Made by a program: the position numbers and the translations under genes
Part shown: one piece after another, positions 39,913 through 53,210 of the stretch
Numbering within the stretch: the first letter of the stretch is position 1
Layout of the letters: each line of letters starts with the position of its first letter
Assembly: GCA_949290445.1 (NCBI GenBank)
Contig: CASERW010000001.1
Span: 20,799 to 84,798 of the forward strand
Reading direction: 5' to 3'
DNA: 64,000 nucleotides
DNA from: Aeriscardovia aeriphila
GTDB taxonomy: Bacteria > Actinomycetota > Actinomycetes > Actinomycetales > Bifidobacteriaceae
Notes under the pieces: model-generated
Told to the model about the DNA's origin: nothing
Database searches by the model: none
Seen by the model: the letters and a program-made list of their open reading frames with translations, nothing else

Positions 39913-40542
39913 ATGACCAACGTCCAGCGTGCACGCCGTCAGGTTCGCCTGTCTCGTGCTCTTGGCATTGCCCTGACGCCAAAGGCTCAGGGTCTCTTTG
40001 ATAAGCGTCCATACGGCCCAGGTGAGCACGGCAATTCCCGCCGCCGTTCTGAGTCCGATTACTCCGTGCGTCTGAAGGAAAAGCAGCGTCTGCGCGCTCA
40101 GTACGGCGTTTCGGAGAAGCAGCTGCGTAAGGCTTATGAGGTTGCATCTCGCACCCAGGGCCAGACCGGTAACGCAATGCTGATCAACCTCGAGACTCGT
40201 CTCGACGCTCTGGTCCTGCGTGCTGGCTTCGCTCGCACTGTTGCTCAGGCTCGTCAGTTCGTGGTGCACCGTCACATTCTCGTCGACGGCAACATCGTGG
40301 ATCGCCCAAGCTACCGCGTCCGTCCAGGCCAGGTCATTCAGGTCAAGCCAAGGTCCCAGACTATGGAGCCATTCCAGGCTGCAGCAGAAGGCGTTCATCG
40401 TGACGTTCTGCCAGCAACCCCAGGCTACCTCGATGTTGACTTGGCTTCTTTGAAGGCCACCTTCACCCGTCTTCCTGAGGTCGAAGAGATCCCAGTTCAG
40501 GTGAACACTCAGTTCGTGGTCGAGTACTACAACCACTACTGA
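39913..40542 (+). CDS. rpsD: 30S ribosomal protein S4
   Basis: PYGPGEHG, SDYSVRLKEKQRLR, LETRLDALV, ARQFVVHRHI and VVEYY. Confidence 0.98.
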   Translation: MTNVQRARRQVRLSRALGIALTPKAQGLFDKRPYGPGEHGNSRRRSESDYSVRLKEKQRLRAQYGVSEKQLRKAYEVASRTQGQTGNAMLINLETRLDALVLRAGFARTVAQARQFVVHRHILVDGNIVDRPSYRVRPGQVIQVKPRSQTMEPFQAAAEGVHRDVLPATPGYLDVDLASLKATFTRLPEVEEIPVQVNTQFVVEYYNHY

Positions 40543-40576
40543 TCCTCGCTTCGTATTGGTTACCCAATACAACAGC

Positions 40577-40610
40577 AATCCCGTTTGGAAATCCAAACGG
40601 GATTTTTTTT
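40577..40610 (+). terminator. Terminator after rpsD
   Basis: aatcccgtttgga / tccaaacgggatt followed by T run. Confidence 0.9.
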
Positions 40611-40677
40611 ATTTCCGGTCACGCAACAGGCTGCCGGCGTTTCTCGCTTTCTGCACACCCAGCTGCATAATGAAAAT

Positions 40678-41394
40678 ATGAAACTTCATCTGCATCTCGT
40701 TCGTCATGGGCAAACCTATTTCAATCGCTATAACAAGTTGCAAGGGTGGTCAAACTCTCCGTTGACCGAGAAAGGCCGCGAAGACGCACGAAAAGCAGGA
40801 AGACTGCTCTCTCTTACTCACATCGCCGCAGCCTATTGCTCCGATACAACACGTGCACAGGATACTGCGCAACTGATTTTGGAAATGAACCATAAGAAGT
40901 CCGTTAAGACGGCGACATCCTCTCGTTTCTTCCGCGAACAGTTCTATGGCTCCTTCGAAGGAACTGATATGGCTGCAGCCTGGTATATGGCAGGTGGCCC
41001 TCATGGAGCATCAACCTACGCAGAAATCGTAGAAAAATTTGGAATCGGAGCCACAAAAGACTTTCTCAAAGAGGCAGATCCCTTCCACGATGCAGAATCT
41101 GAAGGGGAATTTTGGGTTCGTATTCGCGAAGGCTACCGTTTAATCGCCAATCATGCTCGTCACAGTGAAGAAGACCCGGATACTGTCATTCACCCGGTGC
41201 ATGACGGTGATGACATTCTCATCATTGCCCATGGAAACCTTCTGTTGTCTCTGATGCAACGCTTCGCACCGGAAGGTTATGACCTTTCTGAGCGTCCGAT
41301 GAATGGTTCGATCACCACTTTTGACTTCGATACTGACAAAATCGATGATTTTGACCATGCATTGACTCTGGTGGAATATAACCGAACCAAGTAA
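40678..41394 (+). CDS. Histidine phosphatase family protein
   Basis: LVRHGQT, RAQDTA, EQFYG and IAHG; CATAAT 6 nt before ATG suggests leaderless. Confidence 0.9.
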   Translation: MKLHLHLVRHGQTYFNRYNKLQGWSNSPLTEKGREDARKAGRLLSLTHIAAAYCSDTTRAQDTAQLILEMNHKKSVKTATSSRFFREQFYGSFEGTDMAAAWYMAGGPHGASTYAEIVEKFGIGATKDFLKEADPFHDAESEGEFWVRIREGYRLIANHARHSEEDPDTVIHPVHDGDDILIIAHGNLLLSLMQRFAPEGYDLSERPMNGSITTFDFDTDKIDDFDHALTLVEYNRTK

Positions 41395-41445
41395 GTGCGC
41401 TACAGTTAGAACAGTATTGCTCGATTATCAGGAAAGTAGGTTGGT

Positions 41446-41985
41446 ATGAGCATTGGTGATATCGCTGGCCTCATCGCAGCCATTGCCTTCGCTATCCTCG
41501 CAGGCGTCGCCATTTACCCTCTCATCCGTTTGGGCCGCATGCTTGACCAGATTGCCACAACGGTGAAGGAAGCGGGCGACCATACTCTGCCAATCTTGGA
41601 TGAATCCACCACTTCCGTGCGTGAACTCAATAAGACACTGTCTGACGTCAACCAGATCACGGATTCTGCTCGCTACACCGCACGCAACGTGGGTGCTTTG
41701 ACCGACCTGTATTCTTCCATGCTTTCTAAGCCAGTCATCAAAGTGGCCTCCAGCTTCTACGCTGTGAAAGAAACACTGAGTGGCTTCATGAAGCATTCGA
41801 ACACAACTGCGCAAAATTCGCAGTCGGATGAGGATGGAGAAAAGAGCACAACACCAAAGGCTGCATCATCTGAGAGCTCGAAGCGTGATAATCCTGAGCA
41901 GTCGCCTCTTTCTCGAGCCAAGCATGCGAAGACGAGTGAGAGTGAAAAGCCAGAAACCAAGCCAACACCTACCGAGGAGAAGTGA
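41446..41985 (+). CDS. DUF948-like membrane-anchored protein
   Basis: IGDIAGLIAAIAFAIL N-terminal helix and heptad region; position upstream of alaS. Confidence 0.75.
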   Translation: MSIGDIAGLIAAIAFAILAGVAIYPLIRLGRMLDQIATTVKEAGDHTLPILDESTTSVRELNKTLSDVNQITDSARYTARNVGALTDLYSSMLSKPVIKVASSFYAVKETLSGFMKHSNTTAQNSQSDEDGEKSTTPKAASSESSKRDNPEQSPLSRAKHAKTSESEKPETKPTPTEEK

Positions 41986-42230
41986 TGATGAAGCGACTTT
42001 TCTGGTTCGGCCTGGGCATGGCGGCAGGTATTGTTCTGGTAAGCAAAACGCGCGCATATGCACGTTCTCAAATGCCTGATGTGATGAGCAATTTCCTCAT
42101 GGGCCCGGATGTGGATAACGCCCAGGCCAGCATTCAAACAGCGCGCGGCCTGATCAATGATTTCCAGCGTTTGCAAGCAAGCCGCGAGCAAGAGCTCGAG
42201 CAGCGTTTCACCCACCGTCAGGCTGAGTAA
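41985..42230 (+). CDS. Small conserved membrane protein
   Basis: KRLFWFGLGMAAG start; coupled to the upstream gene. Confidence 0.7.
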   Translation: MMKRLFWFGLGMAAGIVLVSKTRAYARSQMPDVMSNFLMGPDVDNAQASIQTARGLINDFQRLQASREQELEQRFTHRQAE

Positions 42231-42335
42231 TACTTTTTCGCATATTCGCTCAGTGTGCCAGAAAACTCCTCTCGTAATGTGCCGAGGTATCAATACAATC
42301 GGGAGAGTTACTGTTTAAAGAGGAAGGTTTCTGGC

Positions 42336-45020
42336 ATGCAAACGTCTGAGATCGCCCGGAGATATCTTGACTACTTCCGCGACCATGACCATCTGATTGC
42401 ACCATCTGCATCGCTCATTTCGCCGAATCCCACAACGCTGTTCACCATCGCCGGTATGGTGCCGTTCATTCCCTACCTTCTGGGTCAACAAACTCCACCG
42501 AAGACTCGCATGGCCAGCATGCAAAAGTGCGTGCGCACCCTCGATATCGATGAAGTGGGCAAGACTACTCGTCACGGTACTTTCTTCCAGATGCTGGGAA
42601 ACTTCTCCTTCGGTGATTATTTCAAGGAAGAAGCAATCCACTATGCATGGGAGATTCTGACCCTTCCTCAGGATCAGGGTGGCTACGGTTTCAACCCTGA
42701 ACTGCTGTGGTTCACCGTTTTCGAAGACGATGACGAAGCTCTGCACATGTGGATTAACGAAGGTGCAGATCCTACCCACATTCAAAAGCTCGGTATGGCA
42801 GATAACTTCTGGACGACCGGCGGCCCTGGCCCTGGTGGTCCTTGCACCGAAATCTTCTATGACCGCGGCCCAGCCTATGGCAAGGACGGCGGTCCAGCGG
42901 TTGATGACAACCGTTACATCGAAATTTGGGATCTCGTTTTCGAAACCTATGAAGTCGACAACGTCAAGTCCAAGACTGACTTGCACATTGTTAACGACCT
43001 TCAGCGCAAGAACATTGATACGGGCATGGGCTTGGAGCGTGTTGCTTACCTGCTTCAGGGCAAGAACAACATTTACGAGACTGACGAAGTCTTCCCAGTG
43101 ATCGAAGCTGCACAGAAGCTCTCCGGCCGTACCTATGGCGAAAACGAGGAAGATGACGTTCGCTTCCGCGTTGTGGCTGACCACGTGCGTTCCGCATTGA
43201 TGATCATGTCGGATGGCGTTCGCCCGTCGAATATCGGTCGTGGCTACGTTTTGCGCCGTCTTCTGCGTCGCACTATTCGCTCGATGAAGATGTTGGGCGT
43301 GGATGACGAAGTCATGCCAACCTTGCTTACCGCTTCTGAGAACGTGATGAAGAACTCTTACCCAGAGATTGAGGAGACCTTCCACGACGTTTCCGAAGCT
43401 GCGTATGGTGAGGAAGACGCCTTCCGCAGGACTCTTTCCAAGGGCACTGAAATCTTCGACATGGCAGTGTCTCAAGCAAAGAAGTCCCAGTCTGCAGACA
43501 GCCAGGCGACTGTTTCCGGCGAAGACGCTTTCAAGCTGCATGATACTTATGGCTTCCCGATCGAGCTCACCCTCGAAATGGCATCAGAAAAGGGTGTTCA
43601 CGTCGATGAGAAGGCCTTCCGTGAGCTGATGGCTGAGCAGCGTAACCGCGCGCGTCAGGATGCTTTGAAGAAACGCCACAATGTGGACTTGTCCATCTAC
43701 GACGATTTCCGTAAGACGATGAGCGAGCCGCAGAAGTTCTTGGGCTACCAGCAGTTCGACTCTCGCGCTAAGGTGCTGGGAATTCTTACGGAACAAGGCC
43801 CTGTCACTTCTGTTAGTGCACCAGCAACCGTGGAAGTCGTGCTGGACCAGACTCCGTTCTATGCCGAGCGCGGTGGTCAGCAGGCTGATCATGGCCAGAT
43901 TCTTTCCGATAACGGTGCAGAACTGGAAGTTGATGACGTGCACGAAGTGGTGAAGGGATTGACTGTTCACCAGTGCCGTCTGACTGAAGGTACTTTGGCT
44001 GTGGACGACGCGGTGGATGCTCAAATTGACGTTGCTCGTCGTGCTGGCTTGGCTCGCTCTCATACTGCAACCCACGTTTTGCACAAGGCATTGCGTGAGG
44101 TTCTCGGCCCGCAGGCTACCCAGCGTGGCTCTGTTGTTGCCCCTGACTTCTTGCACTTTGATTACCAGTGGCCAAAGGCTCCATCGCGCTCTCAGATTGA
44201 TGACGTGGAAGCACGCGTCAATGAGATTGCCATGGAAGACCTCCAGGTTGTGCCAGAATATATGCCACTGAAGAAGGCTGAAGAGCTGGGTGCTGATCAC
44301 CTCTTCTCCGACAAGTATGGTGACATCGTGCGTGTGGTGACCATCGGTGACGGTTGGTCGCGTGAGCTGTGCGGTGGCACTCACTTGGATTGGACAGGAA
44401 AGATTGGCAATTTTGTCATCACTTCTGAGTTCTCCAATGGTTCTGGCGTGCGCCGCGTGGATGCTTACATGGGTTATGAAGGTTACCGTCGTAACCATGC
44501 TGAGCGTCAGCTGGTGAGCACTCTGGCTGGTTCGCTCAACGTTTCAACTGATGGTGTTCTCGAGCGTGTGGAACAAGCTTTGGCTGACCTCAAGCAGGCT
44601 CAGCGTGAACTTGCCGATATGCGTTTGGCAGCCCTGAAGGCTTCTGAAGCTCACATTGTTGAGAACGCCTTGGCAAACGAAAAGAACGGTGTTGTCGTTG
44701 CAGCCAGCAACTTTGGACAGTTCGGTGATGCAAACCAGGTGCGCCCAGTTGTTATGGAGATTCGTGAGAAGCTCGGCAATGACAAGCCAGTTGTGGTTGC
44801 CATCGCAGGAACCAGCGCGGAAGGCAGGCCAGTGGTCTTCGTTGCTACCAACGAAGAAGCACGCAATAAGGGCTTGAAGGCTGGCGATATGGTTCGCACG
44901 CTTTCTCAGATGCTCGGCGGTGGCGGTGGCGGCCGTCCTGACTTCGCTCAGGGTGGCGGTAAGGACGCTTCTGCAATCGACGCTGCACTAGCTCAGCTGG
45001 TTTCTACCGTCCAACAGTGA
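42336..45020 (+). CDS. alaS: Alanine-tRNA ligase
   Basis: [45 protein letters not shown] and [14 protein letters not shown]. Confidence 0.98.
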   Translation: MQTSEIARRYLDYFRDHDHLIAPSASLISPNPTTLFTIAGMVPFIPYLLGQQTPPKTRMASMQKCVRTLDIDEVGKTTRHGTFFQMLGNFSFGDYFKEEAIHYAWEILTLPQDQGGYGFNPELLWFTVFEDDDEALHMWINEGADPTHIQKLGMADNFWTTGGPGPGGPCTEIFYDRGPAYGKDGGPAVDDNRYIEIWDLVFETYEVDNVKSKTDLHIVNDLQRKNIDTGMGLERVAYLLQGKNNIYETDEVFPVIEAAQKLSGRTYGENEEDDVRFRVVADHVRSALMIMSDGVRPSNIGRGYVLRRLLRRTIRSMKMLGVDDEVMPTLLTASENVMKNSYPEIEETFHDVSEAAYGEEDAFRRTLSKGTEIFDMAVSQAKKSQSADSQATVSGEDAFKLHDTYGFPIELTLEMASEKGVHVDEKAFRELMAEQRNRARQDALKKRHNVDLSIYDDFRKTMSEPQKFLGYQQFDSRAKVLGILTEQGPVTSVSAPATVEVVLDQTPFYAERGGQQADHGQILSDNGAELEVDDVHEVVKGLTVHQCRLTEGTLAVDDAVDAQIDVARRAGLARSHTATHVLHKALREVLGPQATQRGSVVAPDFLHFDYQWPKAPSRSQIDDVEARVNEIAMEDLQVVPEYMPLKKAEELGADHLFSDKYGDIVRVVTIGDGWSRELCGGTHLDWTGKIGNFVITSEFSNGSGVRRVDAYMGYEGYRRNHAERQLVSTLAGSLNVSTDGVLERVEQALADLKQAQRELADMRLAALKASEAHIVENALANEKNGVVVAASNFGQFGDANQVRPVVMEIREKLGNDKPVVVAIAGTSAEGRPVVFVATNEEARNKGLKAGDMVRTLSQMLGGGGGGRPDFAQGGGKDASAIDAALAQLVSTVQQ

Positions 45021-45114
45021 AACACTGTTACACCGGTAAAACAGAATAATGTCACAGCATGAGACTGCACCCAACCTGCATAAGAGCGTAGGTAGGTGAG
45101 GGGCATGCTGAAGT

Positions 45115-45150
45115 GGGGAAGGAAAGAATGATCTTTCCTTCCCCTCGTTT
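45115..45150 (+). terminator. Terminator after alaS
   Basis: ggggaaggaaaga / tctttccttcccc stem. Confidence 0.75.
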
Positions 45151-45242
45151 ATATGAGGCTGGTTGTGCTCAACACAAGAAGTGCATTCCAGTTCGTTCTT
45201 GTTCTTGCTAAGGTTGAGCAGGGTCAATAATGAGGAGGGGCC

Positions 45243-45791
45243 ATGGGTGTTTGGTTGGGAGTTGATTTAGGTAACGCACGAGTAGGGCTCGCACTCTCTG
45301 ATCCATCGGCTCAGTTGGCTTTTCCTTTGCAAAATATTAAAGTGTTTGGCGACTCCTTTGTTGCTTTGAATCCGGTGATTGACCTTATCGAGGAACAGCA
45401 TGTGGAGGCTGTTGTTATTGGCGATCCGTTGACGCTTGCCGGGAAGGTAGGCGCTGCTGCCAGAAAAGCAAAGCGCTGGGCCAAGCAACTCACTCTTCGC
45501 CTCGAAAGGCTTGAGCTACCGGTTCCTCGAATTATTTTTCAGGATGAACGATTAACCACTGTGACTGCCCACCAACAGTTGAGAAGTGCCGGATATTCGC
45601 AAAGAACTGACCGGCAAATGGTTGATCAACAAGCTGCAGTGATAATCTTGCAAGCTGCTTTGGATGCCTACAATTATCCTGAGAAAAACCCGATACCTCC
45701 TCAAGATTTTCTCGATCCAATGCCGACGTTTGAAGAAATTGCTCTTTCTGACGACGATATTCCTGACGTTTTGAAAAAGTATTTCCAGTAA
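45243..45791 (+). CDS. ruvX: Holliday junction resolvase-like RuvX/YqgF
   Basis: LGVDLGNARVGLALSDP, QDERLTT and VDQQAAVIILQ. Confidence 0.93.
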   Translation: MGVWLGVDLGNARVGLALSDPSAQLAFPLQNIKVFGDSFVALNPVIDLIEEQHVEAVVIGDPLTLAGKVGAAARKAKRWAKQLTLRLERLELPVPRIIFQDERLTTVTAHQQLRSAGYSQRTDRQMVDQQAAVIILQAALDAYNYPEKNPIPPQDFLDPMPTFEEIALSDDDIPDVLKKYFQ

Positions 45792-45806
45792 GGGGAGAGG
45801 ACAACC

Positions 45807-47219
45807 ATGAATGACAAAAACAAGCCAGCCTCTTCCTCTCCTCATGAGATGGAAGACTTCTTGCAGCGCTTACAAGCATCGCAAGAAGAACAACAGCTCG
45901 ATCAGCAAATGCACGATTCCTCACTGGATGGTTTTGCTGACTTTACTGGTATGGACGAGGATGATGCACAGTCGCTCTTCTCATTCGCTGATACTTCCGA
46001 AACTGCAGGTGAGAATGATGGATCAGACACGTCTGCATTAACTTCAGCAAGCAGCACCACCCAGAATGCTTCACCAGCATCTGGCCCCTCAAATGCTGCT
46101 CCAGCGCCCGTTTTGACGCGCGTTGCACTGCGTAATGAGAGACGACGCAAGAACATCCGTCGTGTGATAGGAATTATTGTCGCCATTGCACTCGTCATTG
46201 TGCTGGGCTGGGCAGGCGTGAAAGTCTACCGTAAGGTGAGAAGCATTCAGGCTGCTAATCAGCAAGCACAACTGGAAGCACAGAAGGCGAAGCGGGCCAC
46301 GGATTACCCAGGCCCGGGTGAAGGCTCGGTTGAATTCACTGTGGAGAAGGGTCAAGGTTCTGGTGAGATCGGCGAAAACCTTGTCAAACAAGGTATCGTC
46401 GCATCAGTCGCTGCCTTTGACGCTGCAGTGGTGAATGCCGATGCTGCTCAAAAGCTTCAGCCAGGCACCTTCCAATTGAAGTACAAGATGGCTTCGAAAG
46501 ATGTTGTGGCGATTCTGGTGGACCCGACAAAGGCTGAAGGCATGATCAACGTGACAGCAAGTACCCGGGTTTCTGCTGTCATTTCTGCAGCTTCACAGCT
46601 AATGAACCTTCCTCAGAGCGATTTCCAAGCCCTGGTGGATTCTCATGGTGATGGCATTCTTCCTCCTGAAGCTAAGGGGTCATTCGAGGGCTGGTTGCAA
46701 CCCGACACGTATAACCCGAAGGATTATTCTTCTGCGCACGATCTCTTTGCGGACATGGTCAAGAAGCGCATCGCCTTCCTGGATGAAAACAAAGTTCCTA
46801 CCGGAGATGAACGCGAGAACATTCTTATTCGTGCCTCCATCATTGGTGGAGAGGTGAATAGGGAAGAGTACTACGGTCAAGTATCGCGAGTGATTGAGAA
46901 CCGCTTGAAGAAGAATATGCCTCTGGGAATGGATTCCACCGTGGCATATGGTTTCGGTGTGGACCCTCACGGTTTGACTCAAGCGATGCTTCAGGATGAA
47001 TCGAACCCGTATAACTCGCGAATTCAGAAGGGCTTGCCGCCAACGCCGATCAATCAGCCGAATTTGGCAATGATTGATGCCGCAATGAACCCGACGCCTG
47101 GCGACTGGCTCTACTTTGTCACCGTCAATCTCAGCACTGGTGAGACGAAGTTCACTGCCGATTATTCCGAGTTTGAAAAGTATTCGCAGGAATACCAGCA
47201 GTGGGAAGCGAATAACTAA
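45807..47219 (+). CDS. mltG: Endolytic transglycosylase MltG
   Basis: N-terminal TM, FEGWLQPDTY, ASII..EV, LGMDST, YNSRIQKGLPPTPI and WLYFVT. Confidence 0.9.
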   Translation: MNDKNKPASSSPHEMEDFLQRLQASQEEQQLDQQMHDSSLDGFADFTGMDEDDAQSLFSFADTSETAGENDGSDTSALTSASSTTQNASPASGPSNAAPAPVLTRVALRNERRRKNIRRVIGIIVAIALVIVLGWAGVKVYRKVRSIQAANQQAQLEAQKAKRATDYPGPGEGSVEFTVEKGQGSGEIGENLVKQGIVASVAAFDAAVVNADAAQKLQPGTFQLKYKMASKDVVAILVDPTKAEGMINVTASTRVSAVISAASQLMNLPQSDFQALVDSHGDGILPPEAKGSFEGWLQPDTYNPKDYSSAHDLFADMVKKRIAFLDENKVPTGDERENILIRASIIGGEVNREEYYGQVSRVIENRLKKNMPLGMDSTVAYGFGVDPHGLTQAMLQDESNPYNSRIQKGLPPTPINQPNLAMIDAAMNPTPGDWLYFVTVNLSTGETKFTADYSEFEKYSQEYQQWEANN

Positions 47220-47233
47220 ACGGACTATCTCAT

Positions 47234-48067
47234 TCATGGCGGATGAATGAGAAGGAGAGTGGGGATGAGCACGCTCCACGTCCACAACAGGTGAGGAAGA
47301 AGGCGGAGTTGTCGAGCTCCGCCTTCTTTGCGTTGCGGCTCCTTTTCCTCACGCTGGTGGCTGACAAGTGCGTGCACTGATGTAGCGAACCATAGCAAAC
47401 ACCACAGCAACAGGGCGTCAGTTACTGGCCAGAGCAGTGTCAGGGTTTGTGCGCTCAGCGCTGCTGCCCAGACGTCAGCAAGGCCAAAACCGCTCTGAGG
47501 TGGCAACTGAGGTGGCAGCTGAGGAGATAACTCAGTTGGTGACGCAGCTTGAGTTTGAGCTGAATCGCTCGCCGCGACTCGAGCTAAAAACTTCGACTGT
47601 ACTCCTGTACGCACGTTGTGAATTGCAGCCGAGTCTTGACGTTTTCCTGCGGTTTTCGTGAGCCGATGGCACAGGAAGCCCAGAGCGCATATGCTTACTC
47701 CCACACTCAGCGCAGTGACAATCTGGGTGAAAAGCTGGGTGACAATCGGGGTAGAAGCCTGGAGAGGTGAAGGCGCCGACGACGTGAGGCTTGAGGAGTC
47801 GAGGCCTGGCCGCGCAGAAGCCGAAGACTCGAGGCCCAGCCACTTGAGTCCAGAACCGTTAAGTTCCAACCAGTCGAAACCTCTCCAACCAACAAACCAA
47901 GCCCCAGTGACAACCGCCACGCTAGCCGCAAATTGGCAGGTAGCCGCGCGCAGGAAAGTTCGACGGCGCACCAATCCGCAGTGATAATCTTGGCGAGCAG
48001 CAGAGAGTAACGCCATGCTCGCGCTGACCACGAAAATGATGCGAAGAAGAAGAGTGAGAGTTGTCAT
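47234..48067 (-). CDS. Divergent prepilin peptidase (A24)-like membrane protein
   Basis: Asp after the first TM (AARQDYH) and GFGLADV resembling G(x)GD; antisense after mltG as in bifidobacteria; low-complexity inserts. Confidence 0.5.
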   Translation of the reverse strand: MTTLTLLLRIIFVVSASMALLSAARQDYHCGLVRRRTFLRAATCQFAASVAVVTGAWFVGWRGFDWLELNGSGLKWLGLESSASARPGLDSSSLTSSAPSPLQASTPIVTQLFTQIVTALSVGVSICALGFLCHRLTKTAGKRQDSAAIHNVRTGVQSKFLARVAASDSAQTQAASPTELSPQLPPQLPPQSGFGLADVWAAALSAQTLTLLWPVTDALLLWCLLWFATSVHALVSHQREEKEPQRKEGGARQLRLLPHLLWTWSVLIPTLLLIHPP

Positions 48068-48180
48068 GAGGCCATCGTGACAGAGCAGACAAGAGTGAAC
48101 AGGAATTTTTCTGCAGTGTGGATAACTTGAGCAAAATCGGCGTGTTGGGCTCGTATGAAGCCAATCTCTCTGAGAGGTGA

Positions 48181-49947
<1,767 letters not shown>

Positions 49948-50012
49948 CACTCGGGCTGGCTTTTAGCTCCTAGCTGAGAGTTGCTTGAGATTATCACTGT
50001 GATGAAAGCTGG

Positions 50013-50045
50013 AAGGCCGTTGTTCCGAAAGGGATAACGGCCTTT
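50013..50045 (+). terminator. Terminator after pyrG
   Basis: aaggccgttgttcc-gaaa-gggataacggcctt. Confidence 0.8.
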
Positions 50046-50223
50046 GCTGTATGTGCCCCGCGCAAAGTTGCGCGGAAAGTGATGGGGGAGCTGTACACCA
50101 CAATGGCGTAATTCTGCGCTTTCCGAGCTATCTCTTTGCTCGACACTTCGGAGGGGCAAAGGTTAAGGGACTGGGTAAGCTAAAAAACCCAGAGACAATT
50201 ATTCCTATATCGGGGGTGAAACT

Positions 50224-51750
50224 GTGGCGGAGAACAAACAGGCTCTCACGGCTGATAAGCCTGCGAATGAACGCGAGTCTGCCGACGTTGAGATGGGTCA
50301 ATATGTTTTTGACCGCACCCGAGCTAATGACGACAAAATTGAAGCCGACGAGAAAATTCTCGCCGAGTTTGGCAATGGTTACAACTACGGTTGGCATGAT
50401 TCTGATGCTGCTGGCCAGGCTGCAAAGAAGGGTATCGACGAGAATGTCGTGCGCGAAATTTCAGCCGACAAGCATGAGCCAGAATGGATGCTGGACCTGC
50501 GTTTGAAGGGTTTCCAAGCATTCTTGGAAAAGCCAATGCCACAGTGGGGTGTTGACCTCTCTGGTTTCGATGCTCAGGATTTTAAATATTACGTTAAACC
50601 GATGGACCATCAGGCAAAGTCATGGTCTGACCTTCCACCGGACATCAAGAACACCTATGACCGTTTAGGCATTCCAGAAGCTGAGAAGCAGAGGCTTGTC
50701 GCTGGTGTGGCAGCTCAGTATGAGTCGGAAGTGATTTACAATTCGATTCGCGAAGAGCTCGCGAGCCAAGGTGTTATCTTCTGCGACACAGATACTGCAG
50801 TGCAAAAGTACCCTGACTTGGTGAAGAAGTACTTCAACACTGTGGTCAGGTACAACGACAATAAGTTCGCTGCTTTGAACACTGCTGCATGGTCCGGCGG
50901 CTCCTTCGTGTATGTGCCGAAGGGCGTTCACGTCACCATTCCACTACAGGCTTATTTCCGTATTAACACGGAAAATATGGGCCAGTTCGAGCGCACGCTG
51001 ATTATTGCCGACGAAGGCTCCTACGTGCACTATGTGGAAGGCTGCACAGCTCCTCTGTATTCCACAGATTCTTTGCATGCTGCTGTGGTGGAGATTATTG
51101 TGGAGCCTCACGCTCGCGTGCGCTACACCACCGTTCAGAACTGGTCGAATAACGTGTACAACTTGGTCACTCAGCGTGCTTACGTCAAGGAAGGCGGAAC
51201 TATGGAATGGGTCGATGGCAACATCGGCTCGAAGGCTTCCATGAAGTATCCTGCATGCATTCTGGCTGGTGAGTACGCCAAGGCATCCACGCTTTCGCTT
51301 TCCTTCGCTGGCCCTGGCCAGTATCAGGATACGGGTGCCAAGATGATCCATCTGGCTCCTCACACTTCTTCGACGATTGTGTCGAAGTCCATTTCCAAGG
51401 GCGGTGGCCGCTCCTCGTACCGTGGTTTGGTGAAGATTCCGAAGGGTGCTTTTGACGCGCATTCTTCCGTTTCCTGCGATGCCTTGCTGGTGGATGAGTT
51501 CTCTCGCTCGGATACGTACCCGCATGTGGATGTTCGTGAGGATGAAGTCACCATGTCGCACGAGGCTACTGTTTCCAAGGTTTCTCAGGATCAGCTCTTC
51601 TACCTGCAGCAGCGTGGTATCGAAGAGCGTGAGGCTATGGGAATGATCGTTCGCGGCTTTGTGGAGCCAATTTCGCGTGAGCTTCCTATGGAATACGCAC
51701 TGGAATTGAACCGTTTGGTCGAACTGCAGATGGAGGCTTCCGTCGGATGA
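50224..51750 (+). CDS. sufB: Fe-S cluster assembly protein SufB
   Basis: [27 protein letters not shown] and SHEATVSK. Confidence 0.96.
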   Translation: MAENKQALTADKPANERESADVEMGQYVFDRTRANDDKIEADEKILAEFGNGYNYGWHDSDAAGQAAKKGIDENVVREISADKHEPEWMLDLRLKGFQAFLEKPMPQWGVDLSGFDAQDFKYYVKPMDHQAKSWSDLPPDIKNTYDRLGIPEAEKQRLVAGVAAQYESEVIYNSIREELASQGVIFCDTDTAVQKYPDLVKKYFNTVVRYNDNKFAALNTAAWSGGSFVYVPKGVHVTIPLQAYFRINTENMGQFERTLIIADEGSYVHYVEGCTAPLYSTDSLHAAVVEIIVEPHARVRYTTVQNWSNNVYNLVTQRAYVKEGGTMEWVDGNIGSKASMKYPACILAGEYAKASTLSLSFAGPGQYQDTGAKMIHLAPHTSSTIVSKSISKGGGRSSYRGLVKIPKGAFDAHSSVSCDALLVDEFSRSDTYPHVDVREDEVTMSHEATVSKVSQDQLFYLQQRGIEEREAMGMIVRGFVEPISRELPMEYALELNRLVELQMEASVG

Positions 51751-53210
51751 GTGAGAAAGAGATGAACACCACGTCAACGCCAGATTCTGATGGTTTCCGC
51801 CGCTCCGGCACCACAAAGCCAGTGGAAACTGCAGAGCAGAAGGCTCGTCGCGCTCAAGCTCAGGCTAATACTTCGGAAGCGCAGCGTATTGAAAACGCGC
51901 GTCAGAAGGATCGCGAGCTCAAGAACGAGCAGAGTGCATCGGGTGCGTCAGATGAGCAAGCGGCTCCTGCTGAAGTTCGTATGCCACAGTACGACCCGAA
52001 GGACCCGTACAAATTCCCTGCTCAAATGCCGTCTAGCGCGGATTCCATGATTCGCTCCTTTGACCCTGCTGATTTCCCTCAGCCTAAGGCTAAGGACAAT
52101 GAGTGGCGCTATTTGGACATGGACAAGATCACTGAGTTCATGCAGCCTTTCACTCCCACGAACCTCACCCAGGTGAGTGTCAGTTTTGAGGATGGTTCTG
52201 CGGTTCCTCAGCTTTCTGACAAGCAGACTAGCCGTGAGCTGGGCGTGAGCTTTGGCCAGATTAGCAAGAATGAGTACCCTGCAGGCTCGGTGAGCAAGCC
52301 CGTCGACCTCACCGCAGCAATCCAGTGGCAGGCAACCCAGCGCGTGTACTGGCTCAACATCACCTCTGATGTAGAAAAGCCAGTGATCATTCGCGTGCAC
52401 TCGAATAATGCCGAGCGCGATGCCCTCCACTTCGTCATCACTGCTGCGGCGAACAGCCATGCAAGTGTGGTGGTTATGCATGATGGTTTGGCTCACTTGA
52501 ACGAAGGCATGGAGATTAGCACTGGTGCTGATTCCACTCTGAACTTCACCACCGTTCAACAGTGGGATGAAGCTAGTAAGCATGTGGGCACCGAGCGCAT
52601 CCACGTGGGGGCAAACGCAGAATTGCGTCACCGCGTGGTCACTCTCTCCGGCAACTTCGTGCGTCTGCGCATGGACCCTGATTACGCCGGTAAGAAGGGC
52701 TTCCTTGATATGTTGGGTATCTACTACGTGCTGCCAGGCGATTACGCTGAGCATCGCACGATGGTGTGCCACAACCAAGCAGACTGCAAATCTCGTGTCA
52801 TCTATAAAGGTGCTCTCGACGGTAAGGGCGCGCGTTCCGCATGGGTGGGTAACGCTCTCATCCTGCCAACAGCACCGAATACCGATTCCTACGAGCTCAA
52901 CCGCAACCTCGTGCTCAAGCCGGGCGCCATTGCCGACTCGGAGCCACAGTTGGAGATTGAGAACGGTGACATCATCGGCGCTGGTCATGCATCCAGCGTC
53001 GGCCGCTTTGAAGACGAACAGCTCTTCTACTTGGAGTCGCGCGGTGTGAGCGAGGAGAATGCTCGCAAGCTCGTCGTTCGTGGCTTCTTCGAAGAGCTGA
53101 TCAACCAGATCGGCGTCGAATCGGTTCAAACAGCCTTGATGCAACGTATTGAAGAAAGACTGGCCAAGGGCGAATCTGCGGCTATGACTCAAGTTTTGGA
53201 GGATAAGTGA
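51747..53210 (+). CDS. sufD: Fe-S cluster assembly protein SufD
   Basis: EWRY, YKGALDG, PQLEI and AGHASSVG; long N-terminal extension. Confidence 0.93.
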   Translation: MSEKEMNTTSTPDSDGFRRSGTTKPVETAEQKARRAQAQANTSEAQRIENARQKDRELKNEQSASGASDEQAAPAEVRMPQYDPKDPYKFPAQMPSSADSMIRSFDPADFPQPKAKDNEWRYLDMDKITEFMQPFTPTNLTQVSVSFEDGSAVPQLSDKQTSRELGVSFGQISKNEYPAGSVSKPVDLTAAIQWQATQRVYWLNITSDVEKPVIIRVHSNNAERDALHFVITAAANSHASVVVMHDGLAHLNEGMEISTGADSTLNFTTVQQWDEASKHVGTERIHVGANAELRHRVVTLSGNFVRLRMDPDYAGKKGFLDMLGIYYVLPGDYAEHRTMVCHNQADCKSRVIYKGALDGKGARSAWVGNALILPTAPNTDSYELNRNLVLKPGAIADSEPQLEIENGDIIGAGHASSVGRFEDEQLFYLESRGVSEENARKLVVRGFFEELINQIGVESVQTALMQRIEERLAKGESAAMTQVLEDK

